Part shown: one piece after another, positions 37,601 to 52,600 of the stretch
How positions within the stretch are numbered: position 1 is the first letter of the stretch
Layout: each line of letters begins with the position of its first letter
Assembly (NCBI RefSeq): GCF_037042905.1
Contig: NC_087245.1
Location: forward strand, 14,448,001-14,512,000
Direction of reading: 5' to 3'
Length of the DNA stretch: 64,000 nt
From: Lytechinus pictus
Taxonomy: Eukaryota
The notes under the pieces: generated by a model
The model's input: only the letters and a program-made list of their open reading frames with translations
Database searches by the model: none
What the model was told of the DNA's origin: nothing
Made by a program: the position numbers and the translations under genes

Positions 37601-40600
37601 CTGACTGGTGATCACTAAAACCATCCTGGTTGGTGTTTCATAAAACTGTAAGTTACGAATGACCTTATGCACGACTAATGACCTTTTCTTGTGCTAAATG
37701 ATATATCCCTATCGACTTAGCAATTACAAACATATTCCAGTCGTTTGTAAAGATTTTCATAGCTTTACGACCAGCTTCAGGAAACACCCAACAGTGCCCC
37801 ATTGCATAAACGTTACCACAACTATGTTGTTATCAAATTTAACATTCTTTTTGTTAATGGGAGTACGCTATCATGTAGTGCACAGGCCAAGAACCTGAAC
37901 CAATCACGCACTTTAAAGAAGACTGTACAGCCTCTTTTTGGGGGCAGGAATTCTGGCCAGCACCTATCATCACAACTGTCACACATTCTTCATTGTTATG
38001 ATGTCTAAGCTGAGAAAGAAATGAGATTAGAAATGAAAAGATGCTAAGCAGTATTCCTGCAGAAAGAAGCCCAGTGCACACTATGTGATGCAATGGCACT
38101 AACATCCAATCCCATCTCGGTGCAATCAGATCGCGGGCCAGCGCACACATTGCAACAGCTCTGCAGCCCACTGCATCTAATGGCGCCTCTTCTTTTGCGC
38201 GTATGTTGTCTGTGCTGCAGAGGCGCAGCAAATTGGCCATAAGGTCATCATCAAGGACAAATCTGATTGGCTGATATGAGCAAAATCGCAGAAAGATTTG
38301 ATGTACCAAATGACTGAGTTGCAGTTGCAGCCAGTTGTAGATTGGCGCAAACACTGTGATGTTGTTGCAATCATATCTTGGTGCAATCGCATCGCATAGT
38401 TTGCGCTGGGCTTTAAGGTGGCTTACAGGCTGATCAGATAGGTAGATGAAAATACTCACGTCTTTTTGAAACAGTCTCTGACGAGCACAACGCACAGGAT
38501 AAAGAAGCAGAAGCAGAGGAGACAAATGACGGCAATAACCCAAGGCTCTTCAATGGCGTTCGTAACCTTAGGTCGCATGATGTAATCAAAGTTAGGTCCG
38601 CCTTCCTCGATCGGAGCCTCATTTTCAATTAGGAAGTTCTCAAGCTGTTCGCTGGTCAAGGCAGCGGCGTTGCCTGTGGGGTCATTAGGATCACTGACCC
38701 AGAAGGTAACCTCGACACCCTCGCTGACCTCAACCACGCTGGTGATGATGACGTTGTCAGCACTGATGGACATAAGTGATATAAATATGTAAATCTTGAT
38801 GCAGCATAGTGGAATTGCATGATAAGTGGTACTCGAGATTGAAATGAATATAAATTGAAAACTAAGCACTCAAATAATAATCGAAACTTCAAATGAAAAT
38901 TGATGAAAAATATCAAAGTTGTGAAACTCTAAATTACAGTAAACAAATATATCAGGCTTTGAGAAAGTATAGTGGAATTATTTATCCGAGGTTGGTCTGG
39001 CAATTACTATTTTCCCGAGGGGCGAAGCCCCGAGGGAAATATAGTAATTTTGCCAGTCCAACCGAGGATTAATAATTCCCACTATTCTTTCGAATGAAAC
39101 GCCTGATATATTTGTTTTATATCCTACTTTTAATAATTTATAACCAAAATCTATGCGCTGAGCTTGCAAAGTCCGGCTACTTGCGTTAAATTACCCACTT
39201 TTCTCCGAGCCACCGCTCAGCGGAACGCAGATTAGTGCCTGCGCCGACGCATCGCGGGACTTGCCCGGGAGAGAGAGCTCGCTGGCCGGTGCGCCCGAGA
39301 GTTAAGATAAATATCCAGTTTTCTGAAATAATGACGTCGGAATATTGGTATAGCGAAAAATATATCGAGGTCTGACGTCACGCAACATCATAGTTGAAAT
39401 ATATTTGGTCACATGATGCTATTTGAACCAATCACTATACAGGATTCAATCTATGTAGGATATAATATTCAATATTTCTTATGACAATGCAATGAGTGAT
39501 CTGATGTCCAGTCATGTCCCAATTTTCTCTTCTATTTCACTACATATAATTTCAATCATTAAATGATCCCGCTTGAAGAAAATGAAATTAAACAGGATGA
39601 ACTTGTTAATGTGTACAGTTTTCATGGCCAGACTTGTTTATGGAGGTGTTGTGGTCTACTGGATATATCTATAGATAGTAGATAACATGGTTAGGGTTTC
39701 ATTTCCTGCTGTAGCACTAATCTCCTTTGGCAAGGTATTTATCTATATTTACAGCACTCAACACAGGTGAGATTATATATATGGGTATCGGGAAGAAAAT
39801 TATTCCTTGAAATGCGGGAGTGCACTATTGGTAGCTATAATTACTGACAGAAATGAGTGCCATTTAAGACACCGCTATCATTATTATCATTATGTTTACA
39901 CTCGTATATAAAGAATGAACAAAGAAAATATGCTATCAAATACACAGGGAAATGAAGAGATGAGACATCATTTGTTCACTCATTTTTGTTTCTGTTGATG
40001 GTAACACTCGGCAGGACAGCGTTTTGCTGGTTAATGCCTAGCTGGTATATAACCAATCACCTACATGTAGGAAACATTTTATGTCTAGGTCATAGTGGCT
40101 GACCTTATAGATGACAGAAATTATTCTCGGGCCTTCTTATCAAAGTGGAAACAATGGCAGAGTGGGGACTTGAACTCACAACCTTGCAATACGAGTCCAA
40201 CGCTCTAACCACTGGACCACACGACCCGTATGGGTCGTGTGGTCCGTATGAATCTGATATGTATAACTTTGTGTTTTTTATCAGTTTGATGACAAAAGTG
40301 AAACATGATAAAGAATAGTATTCACTCCACATGGAAAAAATATCATTTTACCATATCACCTTATCCATTCATTACATTCTAATACTTCAACAGAGAAAAG
40401 AAAAACATCAATTAAATTTATCAAAAAAGTGTATAAGATTTGTTGTTTTTTTACGTGAATTGGTTTCCGTTCATGTCAGCCAGACAATTTTCTTGTGAAG
40501 CCATGCAATAGACGTTTAGTTGCTCAGCTACACTTGAAGTAAACATGTCTTGGTCCTCGGGAGTTAGCTAGAAAAAAAAGAAGAATAAAGTAAGATGTCA

Positions 40601-43600
40601 ATCAAAGGTTCAGTCCGGTCCTTGACATTTCATGCACTAAACGTGAGAGTAAGAAAAACATGTTTTTATATCAAATGTCAAACCTTTTACCTTCAACATT
40701 CTTGACATTTCACCAAATCAACTCTTAACATGAATATACAAAGTAAATCTCAATAACACAAGTTTTAGACTCGATGATTCAGCAACATGAAATCATTCTT
40801 ATTCTGAATTTCAGTGTATCTTCAGTTGATAAGCTGCAAACTATGTTGCTATTTAAAAAAAGAAAATTTCCAAAACAACCGACTCAATCGATGAGTAGAT
40901 CTTTATTTCAGGGGAGATAATCTATTGCGTAATCTCCCTCCCATACTTGAATATAGTAACATCACATAACTACGCCTCTGCACAACAATATTGATACCTG
41001 GTTATGACACATAACTCAAATAACAAAATATTTTAAATAATAATTCCATGTTGGAAGCACTAACATTTCTAATACAATAGCTAAATATTAGTCTTTGCAA
41101 AGCAGTTAGAAAGAGCAAATCTTCTCAGATTTGTTTTCGTGTATTTTGCCTTTTATCAAAAGTAACCTTTTCCTTGATTTTTTTTAAATTACTTACTTAT
41201 TTCTCATTTCTATTTTTATTTCATTCATTATTCTTTTTGAGGGGGGAATTATGATTCTCTTATTGTTTGATGATGGTTACAATGCAGACAGGTATTTAAT
41301 CATCCAAACAAGAACTCTAAAAGCATTGAGTTATAACCATAGAATTCAAACAGATGAAACCAAGCAACAAAGGTAGACAACCTGTTGACAAATCATTCTC
41401 TAATTATGTGTAAATACCACATTTCAAATACAAAACTCAAAAGGTACACTCAACATTTCATTTACATTACATGAAATATTGCATGTATCACTTTGATGGG
41501 GTTTTTATTCACTCTTGAGAGAGTTAAAAGTGTGACTTACTGTTTCTGCAGTTTCGTCTACTAGTAAGATGGTTACACTACCGATCATCTCTCCATCCTT
41601 CTCAACTGAAAGGAAGACAAAAAGAAAAATATTATATGACATTTGTTATCAAAATGGCTTCTTCACGGAACATCAAATACAAGGAGAATAGAATAGTGCA
41701 TTGGTATGTTTGCCCATTTTTATCATTATTATGATTATCATAATGGAGTTCATCTTTCAAAGAGGTAAATTGTCCTCACTAGACTCATGAGCTATGAACT
41801 AGTCTGGATGAAATATCATCAAAGACAAATACATTGTGAAATGTTGTATAAATCATGATGGCTACTTGAATTTTACACTGGAAAAGACAATGCTTATGTG
41901 GCGTGGATGTTGGATCATAGAACTACATAGTCAAAATGTTGTGTTCTGGGTAAATAATGGGGACCATTGAGCAGTTCAGGGGGCTATTGAATAAAACTAT
42001 TAAACTATAATGCCAAATTTGCCATCCAATGGTAACTTTGATGGTTAAAGTGCTCAACAGCCTATCAGAATCAATGATTTCATGGAAGTTAATATTGGCA
42101 AAGTAACCGTAATAGCAACTCAAGCTGCAGCTATTCAATGGGGGTGTGGCCTACTGGCTTTGAAATACCTGTCTTGGACTCGTAAGAGATTGAAAACCCT
42201 GAAGCGGAAATGGATTCATCACTCATGAATCTCATCCAGGCATAGTTAGAGTCGGTAATGAGGGTTTCCTCAGGAATGGTATCCCCGCTTAGGGTGGCAA
42301 GAATGCCCTCATCAACTGTAGCGCCTGATCCAATGAGCAAGAAATCTTGTCTGGGGAGAGATTTAAGAAATACCATCAAATACTTTACAGGGAATCCAAT
42401 ATTTATTTTTCCATTCACATGTTCATTTGTTAACCATTGGTGAAAAGTTAGAGAGCACTTCCTATAAATGATAGGTTGCTATAAAAAACAAATAACAAAT
42501 TTTATTCACTGTTTGATTGTCACAGATCAAAACATTTACTAGTAATCTCATTCATAAAATAGTTACGAATTTTGTACTCCTAATCCAAATTCTTCTAACC
42601 TTTCAAAATTCTAAGAAAAAAATACAAAATTTTGCATAATTCAAAGGTGACTAGTGTAAAAAAAACTTGCTCCTTAACAAAAATTAATAAATTTTCAATC
42701 AGAATACTATCACAGAGAAACGATAAGATGGCTATGAGAAGGTAGTAAGAAGCAGAAGAGAGAGTTTTTACGTGTGTGGGCAGGTGATGTACAGGGCGTG
42801 TACAAGTATAATCATTTTTCAACATATAGGGACAGTGATTTTCCACGATCGCGGAAAACGGACGGAATTCACGGAAAGGGCCTTTTGAAACGGAAAATGG
42901 CATTTCAAACGGAAAATCACGGAAAACGTATTTCCCCTCAAAATACACAGAATAGCAACAGAAATTACTCCAAAATCACAACAAAATGAGAATATTAAAT
43001 GGCCAAAAAAACCCAGAAAACACGATCTCACTTCGCTACTATCATGACAATTCACACATCGTGACTGCACTCGACATCAGCACACTCGATTGTACCCGTA
43101 CCCCGCACCGTACCCGTACCCGGCCGGCCGGGTTGGGCTTCACATGCACACATGTATCGTTCAACTACATGTACACAGTTGTGTGTTGCTGCCCTCTACG
43201 TTTGAAGATGTAACAGCACGATATCGTGGTCTTAAAATCCAAGATGGCGGATTGGGAAAAGACGTTGACTGATGATAACGATGTCCAAAAACCCCCAAAA
43301 TTATCGATGAAATATCATTTCACCGTGAAATAATGCTAATAATATGAAAGGTGAGGATGTATGCATGCAAAATGGGTGTGTTAAAATATTTTATTCACCC
43401 GCATAGATCCGATTAGAACGGATTTTATTGTGTTGTTGGTACAGTAGCAGATACAAATTTTGACCAGTGCGAGTGTGCATGTAAATGTGTAAACGGAATT
43501 GTCACTTTTCCGTGTGTACAAAGTCTATGGGGAAACGGAATTTCCGTTTTCTGACATGCTGAAACGGAATTTGAGATTTTCTGAAACGGAAAGGGCAATT

Positions 43601-46600
43601 TTTTGAAACGGAAAATCACTGTCCCTAAACATAGCATAATAAAAAGCAAACATTATCCATCATAATGATAAACATACAAAGCATTATTCTTATTCAAAAT
43701 AATTATACTTGCAAAATATCTTTTTTATTGTACATGTATATGAACTGAAAAAAATATAAATGCCACATTGGTAGAAATGTGGGATATTGCCATTTGAAAA
43801 AATGGTTGTCCTATGAACATGTTGATTTTTTTCTTTAACTCATTCAAATTGTTTGGTAATTAACTAATCTTCATTCCACATAATGAATCCATCCATCTAC
43901 AATATTCAACAAGAAGCCATAGAAATCAAGACATTTCCTGAATGCCTTTGTTTCTTTCAAGCTAAGGTTGGGCAGAAATTAAATCTAAATCCAATTACGC
44001 TGGATAGGAGTGTCCACCTGTAGGAGGCAAGGTCGACATTAGTGGGGATTATTGTTTGATATTAACAAAACCTTTTCTTCATGACCACAAGTTGGAGAAT
44101 TCTAAATCTTAGTCAGGGTAAAGTTTTCTTCAATCTCTGAGATTCTAGCCCAATTAGCTCTCATCATCTGAAGTGAGGGTGGGGAGGGGGGGGGGGGCTT
44201 CTTGAGTATGGAATGTGACCATGGACAAGCTCACTCTGGACTCCATGGTGGAATATCATGCAATGGTATCATATAGCATTTTCCTTAGCCTTAATTCAAG
44301 TGCATCTTTACTTCCTAATAAGTTGATTCTCCAAAGAGCATGCTTTTTCAGACAGAACTGTAAGTTGATTCAGGACTATTATATTGAGATGAAGATAGTA
44401 TTATAATGAGATGAGATAATAAAAATATTTCAGAATAGTGCTCTATCATGTCTAAATATTAAACACTATGCAAATCAATGTTCATGTCGCTTTGACAGCC
44501 ATGCAATACTGTGTTATTCATCTTTTTTTTAATTTTCAAATGAACATATTTCCTATAATATATCATTCATTCAATCAATATTTGTGTACACTTAAATTGT
44601 GAATCTTAAATGTCATATTTTAATAAACAAACAAGCAAACAAATAAAGAAAATATAATTTGATACACCCAAAAATAAAACAATGTAATAAATACATGAAT
44701 AAATAAACAATTAAATGAATAAAATACAATTTCATCCACTAACCCTTGCTCAAGGTCCAAATTCTCAACCTTGATCTCCACCACCTTAGTTGGATCTGGA
44801 AGCATGATGGTGTACACGCAGTCTTGGTTGTCTGGATAAGCATTGGGGTAGTTAGGTGAGATGACAAAACCAGACTCCTCAAGGAATTCAGTGATGCCAC
44901 ATTCTCCACCTGCAAACAGTGAAGTTAAGATGACATTGTGTGACATCTGGGCTATTTATGCTCTTGGATATATCAAATTATTAAATTATTATAATGATGA
45001 TAATGATCCCTTGAATTGTATTAAACATCATCACCCCAGCAATAGCCATGTAGTAACCAGTGCTTCAGGTACACTATTATAACAAGGGTAGAGAGTGACA
45101 TAGTGAAGATGAATTGAGGACACTAGTTGGATTTGAACACATGACCCTCTAATTGCTTCAACTTTGGTCACTTAATTTTCCTGGAGTTATGTTGACTTTA
45201 CAGAATTGATATTAGTAAATTTATCAAATATTTGCAGGTGAAATGCATGTTTGAATGACAGTTTAATTCAGAAAGAGCGCTTACTTGCAGGAGTACTGAC
45301 ACGAACCAAAGTTCCAACCGCTGGGAGGATCCTGCTTGTTGTGATAGCAGCAATATCAAAGGTATAGACAGTATTGGCCATCAGATTCTTCATGAGGAAT
45401 GAATCCGTCTCTCCGCCGACCACATCCACACTGTACGCCTCATCATCAGGTTCTACAACGACGTAGATGCGGTAGCCCGTGACCTCGCAGTTGGTACCAG
45501 AGGTTCGCCACTCCAGCTGAATGGTGTGGGGATCGATGGCTTCTCCGCGCAGACGAGATGGATTTTGATCAATAATGCCCCAATCTATGGGATAAAGGTT
45601 TAGCGATGAATCAAGGTTTATCACTTTTAATTCAATTCATTTCCATTGGATTTAAATTACATGAAGAATGACATTTGAATTCAATTAAATAGTTAAGAGG
45701 GGGAGACAATTCAAGTTTTTAAGGTTTGTAGAGAAAGAACTAAGTTAGGCAAATATTCTTCCGAAGAGAGATTGTTCAAGGACTTTGGACCGAGGATGCT
45801 TTTGAATGGACATTTCATTTCTAATGAACACAATTTCTGGAAAACTATAGATAAAGCTTGATGCCAATATATGCATGCTGATTTTGTTAAGGAAACAATT
45901 ACGTTTGGGGCACTTTTTCTACCGAATAAATATTCAAATCCACCTAGAGAAAATTTAATTGAAAAGAAATTGCAGCATCAAATCAATTTCTTATGCATTT
46001 CATTGTTATTTTTTAATCTATTATGTATTTCCTTGCTTTTCATTCCCTTTATTTATTTAGTTCTAATTTTTTTTCACTGACATACTTTGGCAACGTTATC
46101 ACAAAAAATTATTGTGCAGGAACAAAAATCATTCATTAATTTGGAACAAGGCACCCTATTGTCAGTAATCTGGTATCAAATATGAAAAAAGGTCAGAAAA
46201 GTAAAGATGACAGCATCTTGCATAGGTTATTAAATATGTCAGCAGATCAGCCCTGCACCACCAGACTTTTTATAGAGTTTCACAAAGAACTAAAACAGCA
46301 CAGGGGGAAAAGGTTGAAACAGCCCATAATGCCATTCACACACCATCACATTTGTACACGTATCTCACCTTTAGGGGTGACCTCACAGATGTACTGGCCA
46401 GTGCGTTCACACTCCCAATCATTCCACGTTCCAGCATTTGTCATCTGACCACAGTCCTGGGTTCCAGAGAGGTCGTTGGGTTGACCCACAGCCCAGTTGG
46501 TCCTGGCCCAGACGGATGGAACGGCACAGTCTACCCATTTCCAGTCTCCCTCGCTACCCTTATCATAGAAGCCTAAAGGTGAGGGAATATAGAAATGCTT

Positions 46601-49600
46601 TCTGTTTTCATGGCTATGAATTGCCCCTTAGGCTACTGCAATTCTGTAATTCCCACAGATATTTCAAAGTGAAACCCTGTTCAAGTACGTAATTGGTTTA
46701 CTTATTCCAAACATTAAGATTATTTGAAGCCTTATTTAATCAGATTTTACCCTTAAAATTGGCAAAGGCAGGATTTTTCTTTTGTTGCTGCTCGTTAAGA
46801 AAAATAATGTCCCATGAATAAAAATTTATTGATAAAGGATATGATTTAAAGGTAAAAAGTTACCAAATTGGATTAAGACAGTAATGCAACATTTCAATCG
46901 CAGTGCTTAGGTGGAGTCTTAGGTGATTTTATCTTGTTCATCTCATTCTTAACTGTTATAATACTTAGATCATTAAGAAAAAATCAATTGCGTCCTAAAG
47001 TGGGCTCAGTCTGTGTAGAATTTTTTGTATTATTCTTCTCATATAATTTTAATGACTTTTCAACTGATCAGAATATTCTACTTCAGATTTGCATTGAATT
47101 AATTTAACTGTCTGAATCGGCTGGTTTCAATATTTTAAGAAATGGGATGCAGTCATTTAAAGCAACCATTGTTCATTCAATTTAAGTGATTTATTTATAA
47201 AATTCATAAAGGAATTCACAAAGAGTTAATGAGAATAGTTACGGGATAATCCCTACCTATCCAATAATCGCCTTCATTCACATTTTCACGGATATAGTTG
47301 AGTTCCTCTTCGGTTTCTATGATGACCAGATCACCATCTTGGATAGACTGGCAATCAGCACGAGCTTCGTCCCAGGTAACCAGGTCCAGGACTACCTTGT
47401 AGCAAACATAGTTGTAGCCTGGAAACCAGCCTGGTTCACACAGATCTAGTTCAAAGAAAAAACAACAAGGTCATGTATTTTTGTTGTTGTAAATTTATAG
47501 CAAAAGATACATCCATTGGATTTCCAAAGTTATGGGTATTACAATATACAAGATATTTATTTTGTCTTCGCAAACATGATGATTACAAAGAAATTTGTTT
47601 TTCACTGGTGTAATATTACATTAGACATGCATGAACAAAATAAAACAAAGAAACAAATAAGTTACTTAAGCAGCTCTCGCAATCTGTAATAGTTTGTCAT
47701 GAGCAATTTCATTTTGCTAAAGCATTATTAATATCTTTCAGAGTTTGTCCGCCTTTTTTTGCACCCACATGTAGCTGTCAACACGAAAGGTGGGTGGAGG
47801 CATAAATATATTATACTGGTGAATCCTTGTCTTCTGCTGAGGACCTCTTGACATTGGCAGGAAAAGATCTTTTCTGTTCTCTGTATTATCAGTAAGAATT
47901 TCTTAATCTTATGAAGTAATAATAATAATAATAATTCAATACTTATATAGCGCCTAACAAAATTTCTCTAAGCGCTTTACATCACAAAACCTAACTACTT
48001 AACTTAATAAACTAAACTTACTTATCAACTTAACTACCTTTACAACTAAACATCCAACGTAACTACCTTACATATGCTACATAGCATACCTAAGTATGCT
48101 ATTCTTTTATTCAATCCAACTGTATTATTCAAATGCAGATATAATTCAAGTAAATCCAACTGACATAGTTAAATATATGTTGATGAATAATTGAATGATT
48201 CAGAAATCTTGCATTACCATCCAACGATGGAGTCATGACCATGGTTTCCTGTGCAGCGAGCACCGGTCCAGAAGCAAGCACCGACGAGATGGAGAAATTG
48301 TACATCACTCCATCTTGAAGGTCTCCAAGTGTTACCGAGGATGCATCTGCTCCTGGAACATCTACACTCGTAGGAATGGTATCTCTTGGGTCCTCGTAGG
48401 TGATGCGGTAGGCGACGACGTCACAGCTGTAGCGGACAGACGGGGTCCAGGAAAGGGTGACTGTGTTGGGGTTGATTGCTTCTCCACGGAACAAACTTGG
48501 GTTTGCTTGTGATGGGAGGTAACCTTGAAGGAAAGCAGACACATTATTGGAAATCTGAGTTAAGATGGATATGGTGAATTACAATTCATCTCAGCATTGT
48601 TGTTCTTGTTGCTGACTGTTCTTATCTGCACTTTTATTCATGTTATCATAATCATTGTCATTATCATTATGAATATAATTATCATCATAATTCATTTTTC
48701 ATCATCATCATCATCATCACCATCATCATCATCACAATTACTATCATAAGAATTATACTTATCAACCTCCACCCAACCATACATTTTTTTTGCAGCTCTA
48801 CAAATTTATTGCGCGGCATCGTGCATTTTGGATCCATCATTTTCCCCATAGCGCATTTAAAACACTGAGACGCGATATGAAATACATGTTTTTCAAAGAA
48901 AAGGCTACGGCAAAGATTTGGATGGCGGCGCTTACATAGGTGTACATTCTAGATACGCCTGCAATGTCATATCTTCCTACAAAAATAAGAAAATACAATA
49001 TATTCAAAAGGCAATGAAAGTGGCTGATTGAGTCTTCTACCAATGCACCATACATAGGATGTACAAATTTGATTTAAAGACAGACTTGATTTATAAGCAC
49101 TAAGCATTTCCTCGACTTACTCTTTGCCCAGATCTCACAGATGTACATCATAGTGCGATCACACTCCCAGTCGTTATACTCCCCAAAGTTGGTAACTTGC
49201 CCACAATCCTGGACGCCATTGAGGTCATTAGGCTGTCCCGGTGCCCAGTTGGAATAGGCAAACTCAGTATCTGCTCCACAGTCAACCCAGCTCCACTGGC
49301 CCTCCCTTGCTCGATCATAGTAACCTTGAGGAATATTGGAGTTCAGAATTTAATTCGCATTTTTTTTGCATTGGACATATAAAAGAATAAACATATTTGC
49401 AAACATTTATAACTGAAATGAGAGAACGATGAAATTGGGAAAATTCATTGAAAATTAACGTCAAACATACACTGTAGAGGTAAACATTAAAAAAACACTA
49501 TTAGGAATGGTTGAGCAGATAGCTTAATGGTAATGGTGACTTGGAGGAATAAAAGGGGACATTGCGAAAAAACCTGTAAAACTGTAATCAGGAGAGTCCA

Positions 49601-52600
49601 ATTCAAGTTAAATGAAAAGTAGACAAGCTATGGCAAATTGTTAGTTTTTCTATCACATTTGTCAATTTCTTTTAAATGAGGTATACAAGTTTATTGTAAA
49701 TTATACACCATAATATGAATAGTGATATTCCCACCAATATAACACCAAGATCATTCACTTACATGTATCCTACATCATATTCAATATACAGTTTGGGAAA
49801 TAATTATAAGACTACTTTCCTACTATGCTCCCATATTACATGGTCTTATTAATATTTAGAACACTGATGTCTGATCAATGAAAAGTATATGTAAATTTTA
49901 CAATTATCATAACATAGGATGTCAAATTACGACACCAGGGTGATTTTCTGCTTACCAATCCAATAGTCATTTCCAAGAGTCTCATTCCACAGGTATTGAT
50001 TCTCTGTTTCTGTTTCTATGACAACCAGATCACCATCTTCGACAGACATGCAGTCCTGGCGGGCTTCATCCCAGGTGACAAGGGACTTGGCGACCTTGTA
50101 GCAATGATCTTCGTAACCGACAAACCAGCCCTCAGGACAAGGATCTAAATGAAAGATCAAGAAAGAAAGATAGGGCAGGTTTCTCAAAAACTATTCTTTA
50201 CTGCTCCCCACCACATCTAACCTTGGACATTAAAGGTCTAAGCAATGATTCAAATCATTATGGCATTAAATGTGAAATAAGCAGTGTTTTATAGCATTTC
50301 ATGAACATCAGGATTTTAATTTGTTTATACACAAATTCATACAACTGTCCCCCCACTTTTTTTCAGCTGGCATGTGATCACAAACTGCATCATGAGCCTA
50401 CCAAGCCTTGTCCAATCTGCAAAATTTGGTATAAAAAAAGCGTGCAAAATTTCACAGTATGTGCGATTTGAACAGTTGCAGAGCTATCACAAATTTCATG
50501 CAAGGGGTCAATTGACCCTTTCAACTCCCCAACAGTTAAGTTAATACAGGACCAACAGTGTGATAGCTTACTTGCTGGTGGTAACGTGGTCGCTGTTGTT
50601 GTTTGAGTTGTATCCCTTGGTCCCATGTACATGTTTGCACGTAGGGTAAATGTGTAAGTAGTCTCTGGCATGAGATCCATGATCAGCTGGCTATTAGAGT
50701 CACCTCCTGGCACCTCAACAATCTGGGGACCATCGTTGGTGTAGGTAATTCTAATTAGATGCAAAGGATTCATATAAATCTATCAATAATCAGATGAATT
50801 TCCTTTCATTCCCATATTTCACCGACAATACAAAAAATATGACTGCAACCAGCAAGCATTAATTGAAGTGATTTTGCTGCATGACCATTTTTCAAAATAA
50901 CTTTCCTGATCCCACAATGATATGGCTATGCAATATATGAAGGGGAGTTGTAAAGGAACATTATAAAAGGCAGAATTACTTTTAAAAAATTTGGATAATG
51001 TTGGTCATACTTTTCTTAGGTACCTATGTAGGGCTCTATTTTGGGACTATCACCAGTAATAAAACAACTTCCACACACCTTTTTTTCTACATCCATCTAG
51101 ATGAAATTATTATTCAAGTGCATCAGACAGGGAGGTTGGTTGGAGTGGAAACATATGACTCATTTCCTTGGACCATGTTCAGTTGGATTAGGGTAACAAG
51201 AATTTCTGGGCTTTATCATTTTTTCTAGCAGGTTCCGAGTCTGAGAAATGTTAATCGCTTTTGTTTTTTCTTAACAATATCATGCAAATTAGTATCAATA
51301 TTAGAATCACACCAAATATCATCTATTCATTACAGCTTTAATATCACATTATTTTAATATTATCACCACATCATTAAATATAAATTAAAGTTTCATTTTT
51401 GCAGTTTACAAGAGTAACAGAGTATAAGGAGAATACGGTTTTTAAGATTAGCACAGATTTAGAGGGCTAGAAATGGCATTTTACTCACGTATATCCAACA
51501 ATGTCACAGTTGTAATCTGATGGTAACCATTGAAGCAGAAGTGAATTCTCTGTGACTGACATGCTTATGAACAGAATAGGGTCTACATCTTCATCATCAA
51601 AATCTGCATTTCAAAGGGAAAAAGTTAAAAGTTGATAACCTGCCACAAATTTGTAGGAAGCTTGTTGTAGCACCAATCTTATTTGGTTTCCATTTGGACA
51701 ATTGGAACCATCAAATAATCAATTATTAATTCTATTACATAATATAAAAATCATACAATGGGGACAACGATCAGGAGGAGAAACTCACGGGTCCCAGGCA
51801 TGGATGACACCAAACAAAATAATAATAAAAATAAGTGGAAAATAATGATTATTCTATATCAATTACCTTAAGTTTTGAAAGATCAAATAATTCATCAAAG
51901 TAATGCTAATATTGTGACTATATCATAAATGGGCATCACTAGACCAGTGGCCCATAAATAATCTTTGCGATTGATCGCAAGGCTGATTTTTGTGCTTGAT
52001 TACATTGATTTTTATGTGCAATCACATATACAAATTAACTATACGATCAATCTCTAAGATTTGTGATACAGGCCCCGATAGGATCAGACCAATGGGCATC
52101 ATAAGGTATTTTGGATTAGACTAATGGAGTGTTGCAAGAAACTTGCAAACAATTGCAAGTAAAAATAAATCAATTGCAAGTCATATTTAATCAATTGCAA
52201 GTCAATTTCAGGTCTCAAAATCAATCATAAATCTTGATATTAATTGTAAATTTGCAAAAGATTGCTGGTCTGCTTTTTGTATCAATATTTATAAATTGAT
52301 TTTCTCGAGTTAAAAATTTGCTCTATCACTTGTAAATTTGTAACTGAAATTTGCAATCACTTGCAAATTTTTTCTTGCAACACCCCTTAAGTAGCAATTC
52401 ATTAGAATACAAGTTACCTTTGACAATGATCTCGCACACGTAAGGCAGGGCCCTTTCACAGGCCCTATCATTGAACTTGGCGTTGTCTTGAAGCTGACCA
52501 CAGTTCTCGCTGCCATCAATGTCCGATGGTTGACCTGCGTCCCACTGGGATTGACCCCAGCCTGAGAGATCAGAACAGTCCACCCATCGATAGGATCCTT

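Noticed and set aside
37854..38543. 229-aa minus-strand ORF
   Set aside because: It runs through a MITE and overlaps the TM exon out of frame, with no protein-like motif.
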